64,000 nucleotides of DNA. It comes from an uncultured Smithella sp. GTDB taxonomy: Bacteria; Desulfobacterota; Syntrophia; Syntrophales; Smithellaceae. The stretch lies in contig CAYUDM010000009.1 of assembly GCA_964443625.1 (NCBI GenBank), forward strand, positions 10,005-74,004. Reading direction: 5' to 3'. The translations under genes were made by a program, and so were the position numbers. This document shows, piece by piece, positions 1 to 10,657 of this stretch. The notes below the pieces were generated by a model. It was not told the DNA's origin. It saw only the letters and a program-made list of their open reading frames with translations, and ran no database searches. How positions within the stretch are numbered: the stretch's first letter is position 1; the number at the start of each line of letters is the position of its first letter.

Positions 1-167
1 GCGTAGCATTTTCCGTCTGTAAGATCACAGGAAAAAAGCTGCACCGTCCGGTCGGCATGGATGACCTGATACGGACAAAGTCCCACGCAGGCCCCGCAGC
101 CCGTGCAGAGAGATTGCTCCAGAACCTGTTTTTTGAGTTTTGCCTGAGCGCTAAGCCTTTTGGCCAT
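1..167 (-). CDS. 5' part of a 4Fe-4S ferredoxin-domain protein (FrhB/F420-hydrogenase-beta-like N-terminus); the rest lies outside the window
   Basis: My own reverse-strand translation from the ATG at 167 gives MAKRLSAQAKLKKQVLEQSLCTGCGACVGLCPYQVIHADRTVQLFSCDL. It contains a CxxCxxCxxxCP motif. An AGGTGAT Shine-Dalgarno sequence lies upstream. Confidence 0.45.
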   Translation of the reverse strand, partial: MAKRLSAQAKLKKQVLEQSLCTGCGACVGLCPYQVIHADRTVQLFSCDLTDGKCY

Positions 168-260
168 GGATCACCTAAAAAAAGAGTTGGAAGTGTATAT
201 CGCATCAAGAACTTTCAGGCAAGTCCATGATGCATTAAACGCTCACTTTATTGATCTCTT

Positions 261-1088
261 TTAGCGGTTGTTCGGGCAGGCCTTCACGCACTCGTCGCAG
301 TCGAGCCAGTAATCATGGCCGGCCGTATTGATGACGCGCTCGATGTGTTTCAGCGCGTCGGGCCCTTTGAGCGCAATCGGATAAATGGCGTGTTTGATGG
401 TGTGGCCCATGCACACCATCTTTTGAAACGCGCCGTCAGGTGTAAAGGCCGCAGCCAGGCAGGCCTTCTGGCAGGCATGGCATTTGGGCGGACAGGGATC
501 TTCCGTGATAACGGGATCGCCGGGCATGTCCGCGTCCGTGACGACCGCAGCCAGGCGCAACCGGCCGCCGTATTCGGGATGATAGACTTGGCCGCTGCGG
601 CCGAAGGCGCCCAGTCCGGCAAATACCGCCGCGTGCTTGAGCGACAAAAGCCCCCAGGGTTCCGCACCTGAAAAAACCATCGGCGCATAGCTGGGAACCA
701 TGATCGCACGATGCTTCCCTTGCGCTTCGATAAAGTTACTCAGATCGAGGCTGATCGTATCGAGCTGGCGGTAAACCGTATGATAAGAGCGGTGCAAACC
801 GTAAAGGTTATAGTCGGGCGAGTCAAGCACACCGCGCGGAACCGGAATGCCGAAAACAATCACAGTTTTCGCGTTTTTGCAGACATTTTCGGGATGATGC
901 TTCTCAGGCGCCTCACTGAAGCGGTAGGCGGGCGCGAATCCCACTGCGGCCACACGGTTTTTCAGATAACCGGTAATCGATTCCCTAAGCGCGCTGTCCA
1001 TTCTTGCCCTCCAAACCTGAACGTGACTTGCTCCGTCATAATGCTCGAAATGCCCGTCAATACGAACACTTTTTGCGTATTTTTTCAA
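261..1088 (-). CDS. Fe-S protein, epoxyqueuosine-reductase/reductive-dehalogenase-like
   Basis: 275-aa ORF with C-terminal Cys clusters (CPPKCHACQKAC, CDECVKACP). The family assignment is from memory only. Confidence 0.45.
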   Translation of the reverse strand: MKKYAKSVRIDGHFEHYDGASHVQVWRARMDSALRESITGYLKNRVAAVGFAPAYRFSEAPEKHHPENVCKNAKTVIVFGIPVPRGVLDSPDYNLYGLHRSYHTVYRQLDTISLDLSNFIEAQGKHRAIMVPSYAPMVFSGAEPWGLLSLKHAAVFAGLGAFGRSGQVYHPEYGGRLRLAAVVTDADMPGDPVITEDPCPPKCHACQKACLAAAFTPDGAFQKMVCMGHTIKHAIYPIALKGPDALKHIERVINTAGHDYWLDCDECVKACPNNR

Positions 1089-1169
1089 TAAAACAAATGC
1101 AGGAAACGGCTTTTGAGTCCGGCGCCTGCTGGATCGAACCGTTGCCTGACTTCCATTAATCCGTATTTT

Positions 1170-2294
1170 TTAGGTTCCCGGCTGCAGTGTCACGGCCACA
1201 TCCTGCGTTTTGCCGTCGCGCCAAATCGTGACCGTCACGGTGTCGCCCACGGCGAATTCATCCAGACGCGACTGCAAGCGGCTGACCGTTTCCACCGGCT
1301 TTTGATTGACCGCGGTAATGATATCGCCCGGCGTCACTTCCCCCTGCCGTGAAACGGTCGCTCCGACAAGCCCCGCGCGCTCGGCCGCCGATTGAGGCAA
1401 AACCCGCAACACTAAAATGCCGTCAATGCGCAAAACTTCCTTCATCCGGTCGTTTAACCGCTCGTCGAATTCGACGCCCAAGGCAGGCCGGATAAACCGG
1501 CCGTGACGGATGAGTTCCGGAACAACACGGTTGACCGTGTCGACCGGCACCGCGAATCCGATGCCGGCGCTTGCGCCGCTGGGGCTGTAAATGGCTGTGT
1601 TGATGCCGATGAGGCGGCCGGCCGAATCCAGAAGCGGCCCGCCGGAATTGCCCGGATTGATGGCCGCGTCGGTTTGAATCAGATGCTCGATGGTTGCCCC
1701 ATTGCCGGAAAGCGACCGGTCGAGCGCCGATACGATCCCCGTGGTGAGCGTCCAGTCGAGCCCGAAGGGATTGCCGATAGCGAACACTTTCTGGCCGACT
1801 TTCAAGTCATGGCTCGTCCCCAGAGGAACGGGCTGAGGCCGCTTGAATCCCACGCCGATACGCAGCACCGCGATGTCGTGCGCGGGGCTTGCTCCGACCA
1901 GCGCGGCGCGATAATCGCTTCCGTCGCTGAGCTTGACTGTGGCTTCACTGGCGTTTTCGATGACATGATAATTCGTGACGACATGGCCTGCGTCGTCCCA
2001 GATAAAGCCCGAACCTGTGCCGCGCGGCACGGTGAAAACGTTGCGCGTCCAGAAATCGCGCACTTGCGCCCGCGTGGTGATAAAGACCACCGAATCGCGC
2101 GCCTTTTCAAAAAGTTCGATGGTCGCCTTTTCATCGGCGGCCAGATCGCCTCTGGCGGCCACGGTGCGCGGCGCGGCATCGGGTTTGGGTGAAAACCAGC
2201 GCCGGATATCCTGCGCGCCGCCGAGATACAGCCACAAAAGAAGAAACCCCAGAGCAATCAGCATCAGGCGGAAAAATATCCGGCCTCGGGACAT
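1170..2294 (-). CDS. HtrA/DegP-family serine protease with one PDZ domain
   Basis: N-terminal TM segment, trypsin-like core with GNSGGPLLD around the active-site Ser, and a C-terminal PDZ-like region. Confidence 0.85.
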   Translation of the reverse strand: MSRGRIFFRLMLIALGFLLLWLYLGGAQDIRRWFSPKPDAAPRTVAARGDLAADEKATIELFEKARDSVVFITTRAQVRDFWTRNVFTVPRGTGSGFIWDDAGHVVTNYHVIENASEATVKLSDGSDYRAALVGASPAHDIAVLRIGVGFKRPQPVPLGTSHDLKVGQKVFAIGNPFGLDWTLTTGIVSALDRSLSGNGATIEHLIQTDAAINPGNSGGPLLDSAGRLIGINTAIYSPSGASAGIGFAVPVDTVNRVVPELIRHGRFIRPALGVEFDERLNDRMKEVLRIDGILVLRVLPQSAAERAGLVGATVSRQGEVTPGDIITAVNQKPVETVSRLQSRLDEFAVGDTVTVTIWRDGKTQDVAVTLQPGT

Positions 2295-2321
2295 GGCATC
2301 ACCCTTTCTTTCTTTATGGCC

Positions 2322-4235
2322 TTACCCGGCAAGCGATCCGGCCATCAAATCTCCGATCACCTTACTGAAGCGCGAGGGATTATCGACTTTTCCGCCCTCG
2401 GCAATCATCGCCAGATCGTAGAGCAGTTGGCTGTAGTCTTTCAAAACCGCCGCTTCACGGTCTTTTTCAAACACCTCACGGATTTTCGTCAAAAGCGGAT
2501 GGTCCATGTTGAGCTCAAGCGCCCGTTTCGTTTGCGGCACATTCTGACCCGTGGCGCGCATCACCTTCTCCATAAACGCGCTCATATCATAGGTCTCCCC
2601 TGTAAGACACGCGACGGAATCTTTAAGGTGCGTCGAGGGTTTGACCTCTTTGACTTTGTCGTCAAGCGACGTTTTGAGAAATTCGAAAAGCGGGCCGTAT
2701 TCCTCTTTCTTTTTGTCATCGACCGCCTGGCCGTCCAGATCGCCCTTTTCCGCGCTTTTAAACGGCTTTTTTTCAAACTCACCCAGATCGCGAATCACCC
2801 ATTCGTCAATGGGATCGTTCATGAGCAAAACTTCATAGTCCTTGTCTTTGAGGCACTCCAGATGCGGACTGTTGGCGAGCATCGTCAGGTTTTCGCCGGT
2901 AATGTAGTAAATATCGTTTTGATCCGGCTGCATCCGCGAAACATAGTCTGCAAGCGAGGTCCACTTTTCGTCGGATTTGGTCGTTTTGTAGCGCAATAGT
3001 CCGCCGATCTTTTCGCGGTTTTCAAAATCTGCCGACACGCCTGATTTGAAGATGGGGCCGAATTCGGCGTAAAACTGTTCATACTTGTCTTTATCGAGGC
3101 CGGCCAGCAGTTCCAGAACTTTCTTCACCAGATTCTTGCGGATGTTTTTCACCAGTGTGTTGTGCTGAAGAATCTCACGGCTGACGTTGAGGTTAAGATC
3201 CGGCGCGTCCACCACGCCTTTGATGAAACTCAAATAAGGCGGCATCAGATCGGCACAGTCATCCATAATGAACACTCGCTTGGAGTAAAGCGCGATGCCG
3301 TGCTTGCGCTCGGGTGAAAAAAATTGAAAAGGCGCTTTAGACGGCACGTACAAAAGCGCGCTGTATTCCGTTGTGCCTTCAAGCTTCAAATGAAGCCGTG
3401 CCAATGGCGGGTTCCAGTCATGGCTGACATGCGAATAAAACTCGTTGTATTCCTCATCCGTCACTTCGGATTTGTCTTTGGCCCAGATGGCCTTCATGGA
3501 GTTGAGGGTTTCTTCCTCGATCGCCGTTTCGGTTTTGTCTTTTTCGGGCTTGCCGTCTTTGTCTAAAACCGGTTTGGTCTTTTTCACATCCATTACAATC
3601 GGATAGGCCACAAAATCGGAATGCTTTTTTACGACATTGCGAATCACCCATTCTTTCGTGAAATCCTGCTCGTCGTCGTCGGCTTTTTTAAGCTTCAAGA
3701 TGACAGACGTGCCGCGGGCAGGCTTTTCCACCGCTTCGATGGAATAGGTGCCGTCGCCCGTCGATTCCCATTTCGTCGCCTGCTCGCTTCCGGCCGCGCG
3801 GGTGACCAGCGTGACTTTATCCGCCACGACAAACGCGCTGTAAAACCCCACGCCGAACTGGCCGATCAGCTCCGGCGCAAGCGTGGCGTCTTTTTTGGCC
3901 GCGTCCATCGCTTCCAGAAATCCGGCCGTGCCGCTTTTAGCGATGGTGCCGATATTTTCAACCACCTCGTCATAGGTCATGCCGATGCCGTTGTCGGAAA
4001 CGGTCAACGTCCGGGTGTCCGGGTCCACTGCGATTTTGATTTTGAATTCCGTATCGTCACCCAGAATCGACGAATCGAGCTGCGATTTGAACCGTAGCTT
4101 GTCGATGGCGTCGGAGGCGTTCGAGATGAGCTCCCGAAGAAAGATTTCGGGATGCGAATAAAGAGAATGAATAATGATGTTGAGAAGCTGGTTGATTTCC
4201 GTTTTAAATGCATGCGTTTCCTTGCGAGCGTCCAT
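2322..4235 (-). CDS. htpG: Molecular chaperone HtpG (Hsp90)
   Basis: 637 aa. The N-terminus FKTEINQLLNIIIHSLYSHPEIFLRELISNASDAIDK is the Hsp90 ATPase signature. Confidence 0.95.
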   Translation of the reverse strand: MDARKETHAFKTEINQLLNIIIHSLYSHPEIFLRELISNASDAIDKLRFKSQLDSSILGDDTEFKIKIAVDPDTRTLTVSDNGIGMTYDEVVENIGTIAKSGTAGFLEAMDAAKKDATLAPELIGQFGVGFYSAFVVADKVTLVTRAAGSEQATKWESTGDGTYSIEAVEKPARGTSVILKLKKADDDEQDFTKEWVIRNVVKKHSDFVAYPIVMDVKKTKPVLDKDGKPEKDKTETAIEEETLNSMKAIWAKDKSEVTDEEYNEFYSHVSHDWNPPLARLHLKLEGTTEYSALLYVPSKAPFQFFSPERKHGIALYSKRVFIMDDCADLMPPYLSFIKGVVDAPDLNLNVSREILQHNTLVKNIRKNLVKKVLELLAGLDKDKYEQFYAEFGPIFKSGVSADFENREKIGGLLRYKTTKSDEKWTSLADYVSRMQPDQNDIYYITGENLTMLANSPHLECLKDKDYEVLLMNDPIDEWVIRDLGEFEKKPFKSAEKGDLDGQAVDDKKKEEYGPLFEFLKTSLDDKVKEVKPSTHLKDSVACLTGETYDMSAFMEKVMRATGQNVPQTKRALELNMDHPLLTKIREVFEKDREAAVLKDYSQLLYDLAMIAEGGKVDNPSRFSKVIGDLMAGSLAG

Positions 4236-4631
4236 AAGGTCCTCCTGAAATCTTTATCTTTTTTCCCCGATGCAGGGTTTTTATTCAGCGGCGATAAATT
4301 GGCAATGAAATTGAGGTTGTCAAGTAAGGTGTGCTCCCCAAACGCGCCTTTTGGGCACGCCTCTTGCTTTCTCTATGTTTTTGTTCTGTCAGAATAATTT
4401 CTGGAAAACAGAATCAGCTGTGCTATACTGCCAAACATCCAGCGGTTATCATATTCTTCCGTATCACCCCTCTCAAACGCCGGCGTCTCTCAGAATATCC
4501 GTAAACCCGTTTACCGGTCAACCAGTCCTCACTCATTGAGTATGGGACTACAGCCGATTCATTAACCAGCGTCGATGGGCGTGCCCTTATTCGATGTGCC
4601 AAAGGCATTTTTGCAGAAAGGAGGAAAGAAG

Positions 4632-6224
4632 ATGGACCATTTTCTCAACAGGCGGCGTTTTCGAATGGTGGTCCCAGCCTATCCGGCTTTTAATATCTAT
4701 TCCCGAATCGCCAGCCGGACAACGTCCCTGGGGCCGCTTTCCATTGCCACCGTGGTCAGCCGGATGCCCGGTTGGGATGTTGAAGTGATTGACGAGAACA
4801 ACTACCGCAAATTCGGCCCACGCGACCGCGATGGCCGGCCCGACCACAGGACCCTGCAGGAGATCCGTCACGCCGACGTTGTCGGCTTTTACGGAGGGCT
4901 GAGCTCGACCATTCCGAGACTCCATGATCTGGCCCGCCTGTATAAGCTTAGCGGCGCCGTCACCATTGCCGGGGGCCAGCACTTTGTGGCTGACAATATC
5001 CGCGAGGCGCTGGAAAACGATATCGATTATATCGTGGTCGGGGAGGGGGATCACACCATCCGGGAGCTTCTTGAGGCCATTCAGACGCGAGGAATACCGG
5101 CAAATGTTGACGGGATTGCTTATCTCAAAGAGGGAGAACTGATCCAAACCCCGCAGCGCCCGCCGATTACCGATTTCAATGCGCTGCCTCTTCCCGACTT
5201 TACGCTTCTGAGATACGCCAGAGTCAGAATCTATCCGATAGGCTGGATTCGCGGCTGCGGAATGAACTGTGAGTTCTGCACCGTGAAAGGCAAACCGCGC
5301 GCCTCCGCTCCGGAACGCGTGGTGGAACAGATGGCGTCGCTTCTGGAAGCTCACAACGCCCGTCATTTCTTTATTGTGGACGACCTGTTCGGGCACGGCC
5401 GGACCGAGACGCTGAAACTCTGCCGCATGCTGGCCGAGTATCAAAAGGCCGTGGGCATCAAGCTGGACATCACGGTTCAGACCCGGCTCGACCGCGGTCG
5501 GGACAACGAGCTTTTGGTCGCCATGCGCTCAGCCGGCGTGAACACCGTCTGTATCGGTTTTGAATCGCCCATCGCCGAGGAATTGACGGCCATGGATAAA
5601 AGAATCAAGCCCGATGAGATGCTGGCGATGACCTGGCTTTTTCACAAGGCCGGCTTTCTCGTGCACGGCATGTTCATCTTCGGGTATCCGATGCCCGAGG
5701 GCGTCACCCTGAAAATGCCGCTTGCCGAGCGCGTCAAGCGCTTCAGGCAATTCATCCGCAAAAGCAGGCTCGACACGCTCCAGGTGCTCCTGCCCGTTCC
5801 CTTGCCCGGCACCGCGCTCACCGAGAGGCTTGCCGACTCCGGCCGGATTTTCCCCCGCACGGATATCGGATGGGAATATTATGATGGAAATTTTCCGGTG
5901 TTCATGCCCGATGAACCGCTGACCCCCGAAGACATGCAGCAGGCTGTGCGCAAACTCATGAAACGCTTTTATCGTTTCCGGTATCTGTTTGCCATCGGGC
6001 TCAACGTGTTGATCTTTCCCGCCATGATGCTGACAGCATGGAACATCCGCTTCGGCTGGCGCAGGTGGTATCGCCTCTGGCGTAACGATCTCATTCGATT
6101 CGGAGGCTGGGTTATCCTGCGGCGCTGGGCGTCTCTTGTCCGCCGGGGCACCTTCTTTGAGAAGCTGACCCGAGCCAAAGAGCATCTGGGCTTTGGCTCC
6201 AGAACATCGCTGTCCGCTCGGTGA
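4632..6224 (+). CDS. B12-binding-domain radical SAM protein
   Basis: CGMNCEFC (CX3CX2C) follows an N-terminal Rossmann-like B12-binding region. I chose the start at MDHF because of the AGGAGGAAAG SD; the ORF track opens at 4575. Confidence 0.8.
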   Translation: MDHFLNRRRFRMVVPAYPAFNIYSRIASRTTSLGPLSIATVVSRMPGWDVEVIDENNYRKFGPRDRDGRPDHRTLQEIRHADVVGFYGGLSSTIPRLHDLARLYKLSGAVTIAGGQHFVADNIREALENDIDYIVVGEGDHTIRELLEAIQTRGIPANVDGIAYLKEGELIQTPQRPPITDFNALPLPDFTLLRYARVRIYPIGWIRGCGMNCEFCTVKGKPRASAPERVVEQMASLLEAHNARHFFIVDDLFGHGRTETLKLCRMLAEYQKAVGIKLDITVQTRLDRGRDNELLVAMRSAGVNTVCIGFESPIAEELTAMDKRIKPDEMLAMTWLFHKAGFLVHGMFIFGYPMPEGVTLKMPLAERVKRFRQFIRKSRLDTLQVLLPVPLPGTALTERLADSGRIFPRTDIGWEYYDGNFPVFMPDEPLTPEDMQQAVRKLMKRFYRFRYLFAIGLNVLIFPAMMLTAWNIRFGWRRWYRLWRNDLIRFGGWVILRRWASLVRRGTFFEKLTRAKEHLGFGSRTSLSAR

Positions 6225-6280
6225 CGGTTTGAATCACATTTGGATCTTTCGCGAAGACTCACGAGCGAAACACCCTTAGA

Positions 6281-6383
6281 TTTATAAATGAACAGATCCA
6301 GGAGGCACAGGAAAATACCATTCAATCGTGATTCATGAGAGCTAAGACCCTTTTTTCGAAATCGTAGAACCAGCCATACGCAT
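6281..6383. repeat. Repeat family copy C (left-end fragment only)
   Basis: Aligns to 11571-11680 and 8662-8755: ..cacaggaaa..ttcaatcgtgattcatgaga..aagaccctttttt.gaa.tc.tagaa...gccatacgcat. Confidence 0.7.
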
Positions 6384-6396
6384 TTCGGACCTTGTT

Positions 6397-7566
6397 TTAA
6401 CAAGGCGGACCGTACCAGTCTTTGAACACCTGGTAGGGCACTATGCGCGGTCTGGCAAAAGGTCTGGCGACACCGGACAGGCTTTCTCCAACAATCGCAA
6501 TGTCCTCCATACGGCGCGGCTTCATCCCGGCCTTCCAGGCCCACTGGAAGGTGTCGATTTCATCCAGCATAAAGCCCATCACACGGGCGGCAACCATGTC
6601 CGCAGCCAGGGCATTGGTTCCTGCGATGATCAAATTCATTTTAACGGGCTTGCCGCCTTGCGCGGTGGAAGGACCATTTCCTTCCATGGCCATGGTGGCA
6701 TCGATGACATTGAGGCCGATTTTATTGGCCTTAACCATATCAATGATGGCCGTGGACGTTCCGGTCGGTTCCAGTTCACTGGCCCTGCTGTGCACGGCCG
6801 ACCGGACCGATCCGTAAACCAGTCCGGGGTAGGCGCCGATGCCGACATTTTTCATCGCCAGCGTCACGCCGGCCAGCGTGTGCGTCTTCATCATCGGCAT
6901 CGAACAAACCATATCGGCATGGTAAAGCGCTTCGTGAAGATGGATTTCCTTAAAGACAAAATTATCCGGAATGCCCAGCTTCATCATTTTTCCCACATGC
7001 AGGTTGACCAGGGGAACCTCTATTCTGCGTGACAGGTCGCAATATCCCAGCGTGCGAAACACGTCGTCCTGAATCGCCTGGAGGTCCTGATAGCCTTTGG
7101 CGCTGCATACATTGCCTTTTACAAACACCTTCACATTGCGCCAGGACGCCACACTGGCCTCGCCGATAGAAACGTTTTTCCCCGCTTTTTTCATCAGACA
7201 GGCCAGAGCTTCGACCACAAGAGGATTGGTCGTATCGGCAGGCGACAGGTTCAGCAAGTTCGGCTTGAGCAAGATATTTTCTTTCCCCGCGGCAACCTGA
7301 TGGATCCCTCCGATCAGATCAATCGCGCGGGTTACGGCGTAATTGATGCCTTTGGCGTCGCTCCATTTTTCATTCACCTTCACGATACTGACAATCGGTT
7401 TTGGGTCTGAATAATACAGAGGGTAAGGCGTATAGGAAGCGGGGGCAATTTCAAATTCCTGCTCACGGACGTCGCCCGACGGCATGGCATGCCTTGAGCA
7501 TCCCAGCATAGTGCTCAGGCACAACAACGAACCCTGCTTTAAAAGTTGCCGTCTGGTCAGATGCAT
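6397..7566 (-). CDS. DUF362-like protein with Tat/lipoprotein-type signal
   Basis: N-terminus MHLTRRQLLKQGSLLCLSTMLGC (RR motif plus lipobox-like Cys). The DUF362 call is from memory of the overall sequence. Confidence 0.55.
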   Translation of the reverse strand: MHLTRRQLLKQGSLLCLSTMLGCSRHAMPSGDVREQEFEIAPASYTPYPLYYSDPKPIVSIVKVNEKWSDAKGINYAVTRAIDLIGGIHQVAAGKENILLKPNLLNLSPADTTNPLVVEALACLMKKAGKNVSIGEASVASWRNVKVFVKGNVCSAKGYQDLQAIQDDVFRTLGYCDLSRRIEVPLVNLHVGKMMKLGIPDNFVFKEIHLHEALYHADMVCSMPMMKTHTLAGVTLAMKNVGIGAYPGLVYGSVRSAVHSRASELEPTGTSTAIIDMVKANKIGLNVIDATMAMEGNGPSTAQGGKPVKMNLIIAGTNALAADMVAARVMGFMLDEIDTFQWAWKAGMKPRRMEDIAIVGESLSGVARPFARPRIVPYQVFKDWYGPPC

Positions 7567-7574
7567 GCGTGCGC

Positions 7575-8372
7575 CTATCGGAAAGCCCCCAGGCCGAAAG
7601 ATAGGGGAAAGGTGTTTTTAAAGTAATAGGCTAAAACCATTTCCGACGGCTTCAAGCCGAAGACCTTCGCCAGCCGCTCCGAGTGCGCCCCTGCGGCCTG
7701 AGGGTCGCACAGAAGACGCGCGCTTCCGGTTCTGACGATGATGCGATCCGGATAGATTCGCGATACCTCCAGCAGATTGGCTTTGCCGCCGAAGTCGGGC
7801 TCATAGACTTTGCCGTCCAATAAATTAAAATTCGGCAAGCCCCGAAGTTTTTCAAACCATTGCGATTCGGACACAGAAACATCGTTTCGCTCTTTGGCGG
7901 CAAGCTCAAGGGTCATAACGGTTTGGTTGTTGAGCTTCAGTATCCCGGTATAGGTGGACGGTTCGCGGACAAGGTCGATATCGCCCATGATTTTCGGAAA
8001 ACCGAGGTATTTGATCCCTTTAACCCGGGCATCATCCGACGTCACCGGCATGGTCAGACAATGCCATCCCGTTTTGCCTTTGTATTTCGCCAGAAGCGAA
8101 ACCGCCACTTCGCGGTAGGGTGTTGTGCGCTTGTCCATTTTATAGTAGTCCATCACAAAGGCCATCATCAACGGTTCATCCGGCATGTCAAAGATGCGAG
8201 GGAGCAAATCGCGATAGGCGGCGGTGTCCTGAGTTTTATAAAACACAAACAGGCCGTCAAATTCGTGATACGTGTAAGGACGCTCCAGATGGACGCATCC
8301 GGCCGTAAGCAACAGGTAAGCGCATCCGAAAATCAGCAGAAGCGGGTGAACAACTTTTTTTAAATTCATCAT
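7575..8372 (-). CDS. Putative lipoprotein, possibly acetoacetate-decarboxylase-like fold
   Basis: I trimmed the start to MMNLKKVVHPLLLIFGCAYLLLTAGC (signal peptide plus lipobox). The upstream 74 codons of the ORF look non-coding. The family guess is weak. Confidence 0.4.
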   Translation of the reverse strand: MMNLKKVVHPLLLIFGCAYLLLTAGCVHLERPYTYHEFDGLFVFYKTQDTAAYRDLLPRIFDMPDEPLMMAFVMDYYKMDKRTTPYREVAVSLLAKYKGKTGWHCLTMPVTSDDARVKGIKYLGFPKIMGDIDLVREPSTYTGILKLNNQTVMTLELAAKERNDVSVSESQWFEKLRGLPNFNLLDGKVYEPDFGGKANLLEVSRIYPDRIIVRTGSARLLCDPQAAGAHSERLAKVFGLKPSEMVLAYYFKNTFPLSFGLGAFR

Positions 8373-8661
8373 GACATCCCACAACCTCTTTTTGTTTTGG
8401 CATCTTGTTTGTGTAGCAACAATCGCGCGATGACGATACGCACATCTGTCCTCAAGTGGAGACACAGCCAATGAGCCATCAAAGGAAGCTGAATGAACGC
8501 AAGAGGGACTATGCGTAATTTTCATTTTGAAATCAAGATATTTATCTATAGGATGCCGAGCACATCGATCGCACCTGACCACCGATGGCCGCAAAGTTTT
8601 TGGGCATATTCAACGTACAAGCGCTCCACAAGCAGGGGCCCCAACGCTCTTAGATTGTTAT

Positions 8662-8970
8662 GTTAACAGATTCGATGTATACAGGAAAACGTCCGGCCAT
8701 CGTGATCCCGGAGACGTAAAATCTTTTTTGAACCCATAAAAGGCCATGCGCATGATACATCCGAAGAAAAATTATATCGGACATCCCTCTAAAAGACCGG
8801 CGGACGAACCTCTTATTTCCTTTTCACATCTTTCTTTCCCGACGGACGCAGACAGGATCGACGACACCGAATCGGTTTTCGGCTTTCCCGAAACGAAAGA
8901 ATCACAACTGTATGAAACAGGCTATCTGGCGAAAATATTTCTGAGATGCTGAGTAACCGCTTTGCGCCAC
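8662..8970. repeat. Repeat family copy A (full length, about 300 bp)
   Basis: About 75-80% identical by eye to 11571-11896, with no indels across the embedded 68-codon ORF. Shares the CATGCGCATG palindrome and a CCGAATCGG(Y)TTTCGG hairpin. Confidence 0.8.
8746..8952 (+). CDS. Conserved 68-codon ORF inside repeat copy A (coding status uncertain)
   Basis: It has the same length, start and stop position as the ORF at 11669-11875. Several differences between the two are third-position synonymous changes. No convincing SD. Confidence 0.3.
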   Translation: MRMIHPKKNYIGHPSKRPADEPLISFSHLSFPTDADRIDDTESVFGFPETKESQLYETGYLAKIFLRC

Positions 8971-9103
8971 GAACTGAAAAGTCAAGGATACTGAAAATAG
9001 ATCTAAAATATAACTGTCATTATATCCATAATTACGGGAATATGCAGACATTGCTTAATAATTTATGGGTGTCTCCATTGCACATTGCATTTCACCCAAG
9101 TTA

Positions 9104-10177
9104 TCATGATACCCTTTTCCCGCTGACAAATACGGCAAGTGATTCCACAAGCGTCTTTAACTCAGAGGATTGTGCAGACAACTCTTCCGCAGTGGACGCG
9201 GATTCCTCGGCGCCGGCTGCCGTCTTTTGTGTGACCATATCCATTTCCGCCACAGCTTTGCCGATCTGACCGATGCCCTGTGCCTGCTCATTGGACGCTG
9301 CGGAGATCTCGTCAATCAGAAGACCTATCTTGTTGGAAATTTCCACATTCTCCTTAAATCCTTCTTGCGTCTGCAGGGTGAGCTCGTTGCTGTTCTTAAC
9401 TGTAACAATCGTTTTTTCAATCAGACTGGATGTATTCCTTGCCGCTTCCGCCGCCCGCATCGCCAGATTCCGAACCTCGTCTGCCACTACGGCAAAGCCT
9501 GCACCGGCTTCTCCTGCGCGGGCTGCTTCGACGGCGGCATTGAGCGCCAGCAGATTCGTCTGGAAAGCAATCTCATCTATCGTTTTAATGATCTTGCCTG
9601 TTTCTTCACTGGAGCGGGTCACTTCCTGAATCGCCTCCACCATGCGATTCATCTGATCACCCACTTTATCTACAACCTGTCTGGCTTCAGCTGTCAGCGC
9701 TTTCGCCTGAGCGGCGTTATCTGCATTGTGTTTCGTCATGGAGGACATTTCCTCCAAAGACGCAGACGTTTCCTCAAGCGCGGAGGCCTATTCCGATGAG
9801 TTTTCGGCCAGATGCTGACCCGAATTTGCGATCACTGCGGAGGCGCTTGATACTTCATCCGCTGCCAGATTAACATTTTCGAGCGATTTGATGATATTTT
9901 TTTCAAAATACATCCCCGTGTATATAAAGCAACCAAGGATGAGTGCAACATCGATCAGGCTTGTAACCGCAAAAATAAACGGATTTGATGCCATATTAGT
10001 TCCTGCGACCCAATATATCATGATTAATACCGCAGCTATCGCCGGAAAAATCCTGAGCCACATTTTATAGATCATGCCTTTTCCAAAAGCTTTTAAAAGA
10101 ACAAAAGAAATAAGCGCGGCGCCGGAAATAACCGCGACAGATACCAAAATAAACTGCTGATTGAAAGTAAGAGTCAT
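9104..10177 (-). pseudogene. Methyl-accepting chemotaxis protein interrupted by one in-frame TAG (9788-9790)
   Basis: ORFs 9788-10177 (TM region) and 9104-9757 (signalling domain [38 protein letters not shown]) are in the same frame. Read-through gives ..[22 protein letters not shown], so the TAG sits where MCPs normally have Q. Confidence 0.75.
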
Positions 10178-10286
10178 AACATTGCCCCCCGCTTATAATA
10201 TTGGACGATACCCCGTCTTCAGCATGTATCGGCTGCCTGCCAGTACGACTGTAATATTATTTACATAACTTTAGAATGCCAAGTGG

Positions 10287-10562
10287 GACGCTGTTTCCTT
10301 ATGCTTCCTGAAAACTAAGACCATTTTTGAAGTCATAGAAACATTCAAAACCATGACACACCAGAAGATAAAACATATTCAGAGATATAATCAAAATAAA
10401 CGTTGGTTAAACAAAGGCAGCTGTCCAGACGCTGACGGGATTGGCCGCACCGGCATAGGAGATATCCAGCTTGGAACAAACGACAGACTCAAAAGTTCGG
10501 GAAGAAACCGGATGCCGCCCTCAATGAGATTTTGATCACCGGCAATAGCCTGGAAAAATGCA
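10287..10562. repeat. Repeat family copy D (degenerate)
   Basis: The left about 90 bp match clearly (cctgaaaactaagaccatttttgaagtcatagaaac...ccatga). The remainder shows only patchy similarity (ccagacgctgacggga; aatagcctggaaaaatg). A 60-codon ORF starts at the homologous ATG (10353). Confidence 0.5.
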
Positions 10563-10657
10563 CGCCCCGGCACAAGCGAAAAAGCGCAATCGGCAGCCAT
10601 CGCGGGGTCTGCAGATGAAACCCCTGATGTCGAATTCTTACCCGCTTTGAGTCACCC

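Noticed and set aside
315-2421. Numerous 100-230-aa ORFs antisense to or overlapping the Fe-S protein, HtrA and HtpG genes (for example 315-671, 350-709, 711-1091, 1503-2192, 1802-2257, 1975-2421). Similar shadow ORFs occur throughout the window.
   Set aside because: They lie inside longer ORFs that have clear family signatures, have Arg/Ala/Gly/Pro-rich compositions typical of GC-rich antisense frames, and lack SD sequences.
9788-9790. The TAG in the MCP decoded as pyrrolysine.
   Set aside because: No pyl genes are in the window. The codon sits where a plain Gln (CAG) is expected, and Pyl use in an MCP has no functional rationale. A nonsense mutation or sequencing error is the simpler explanation.
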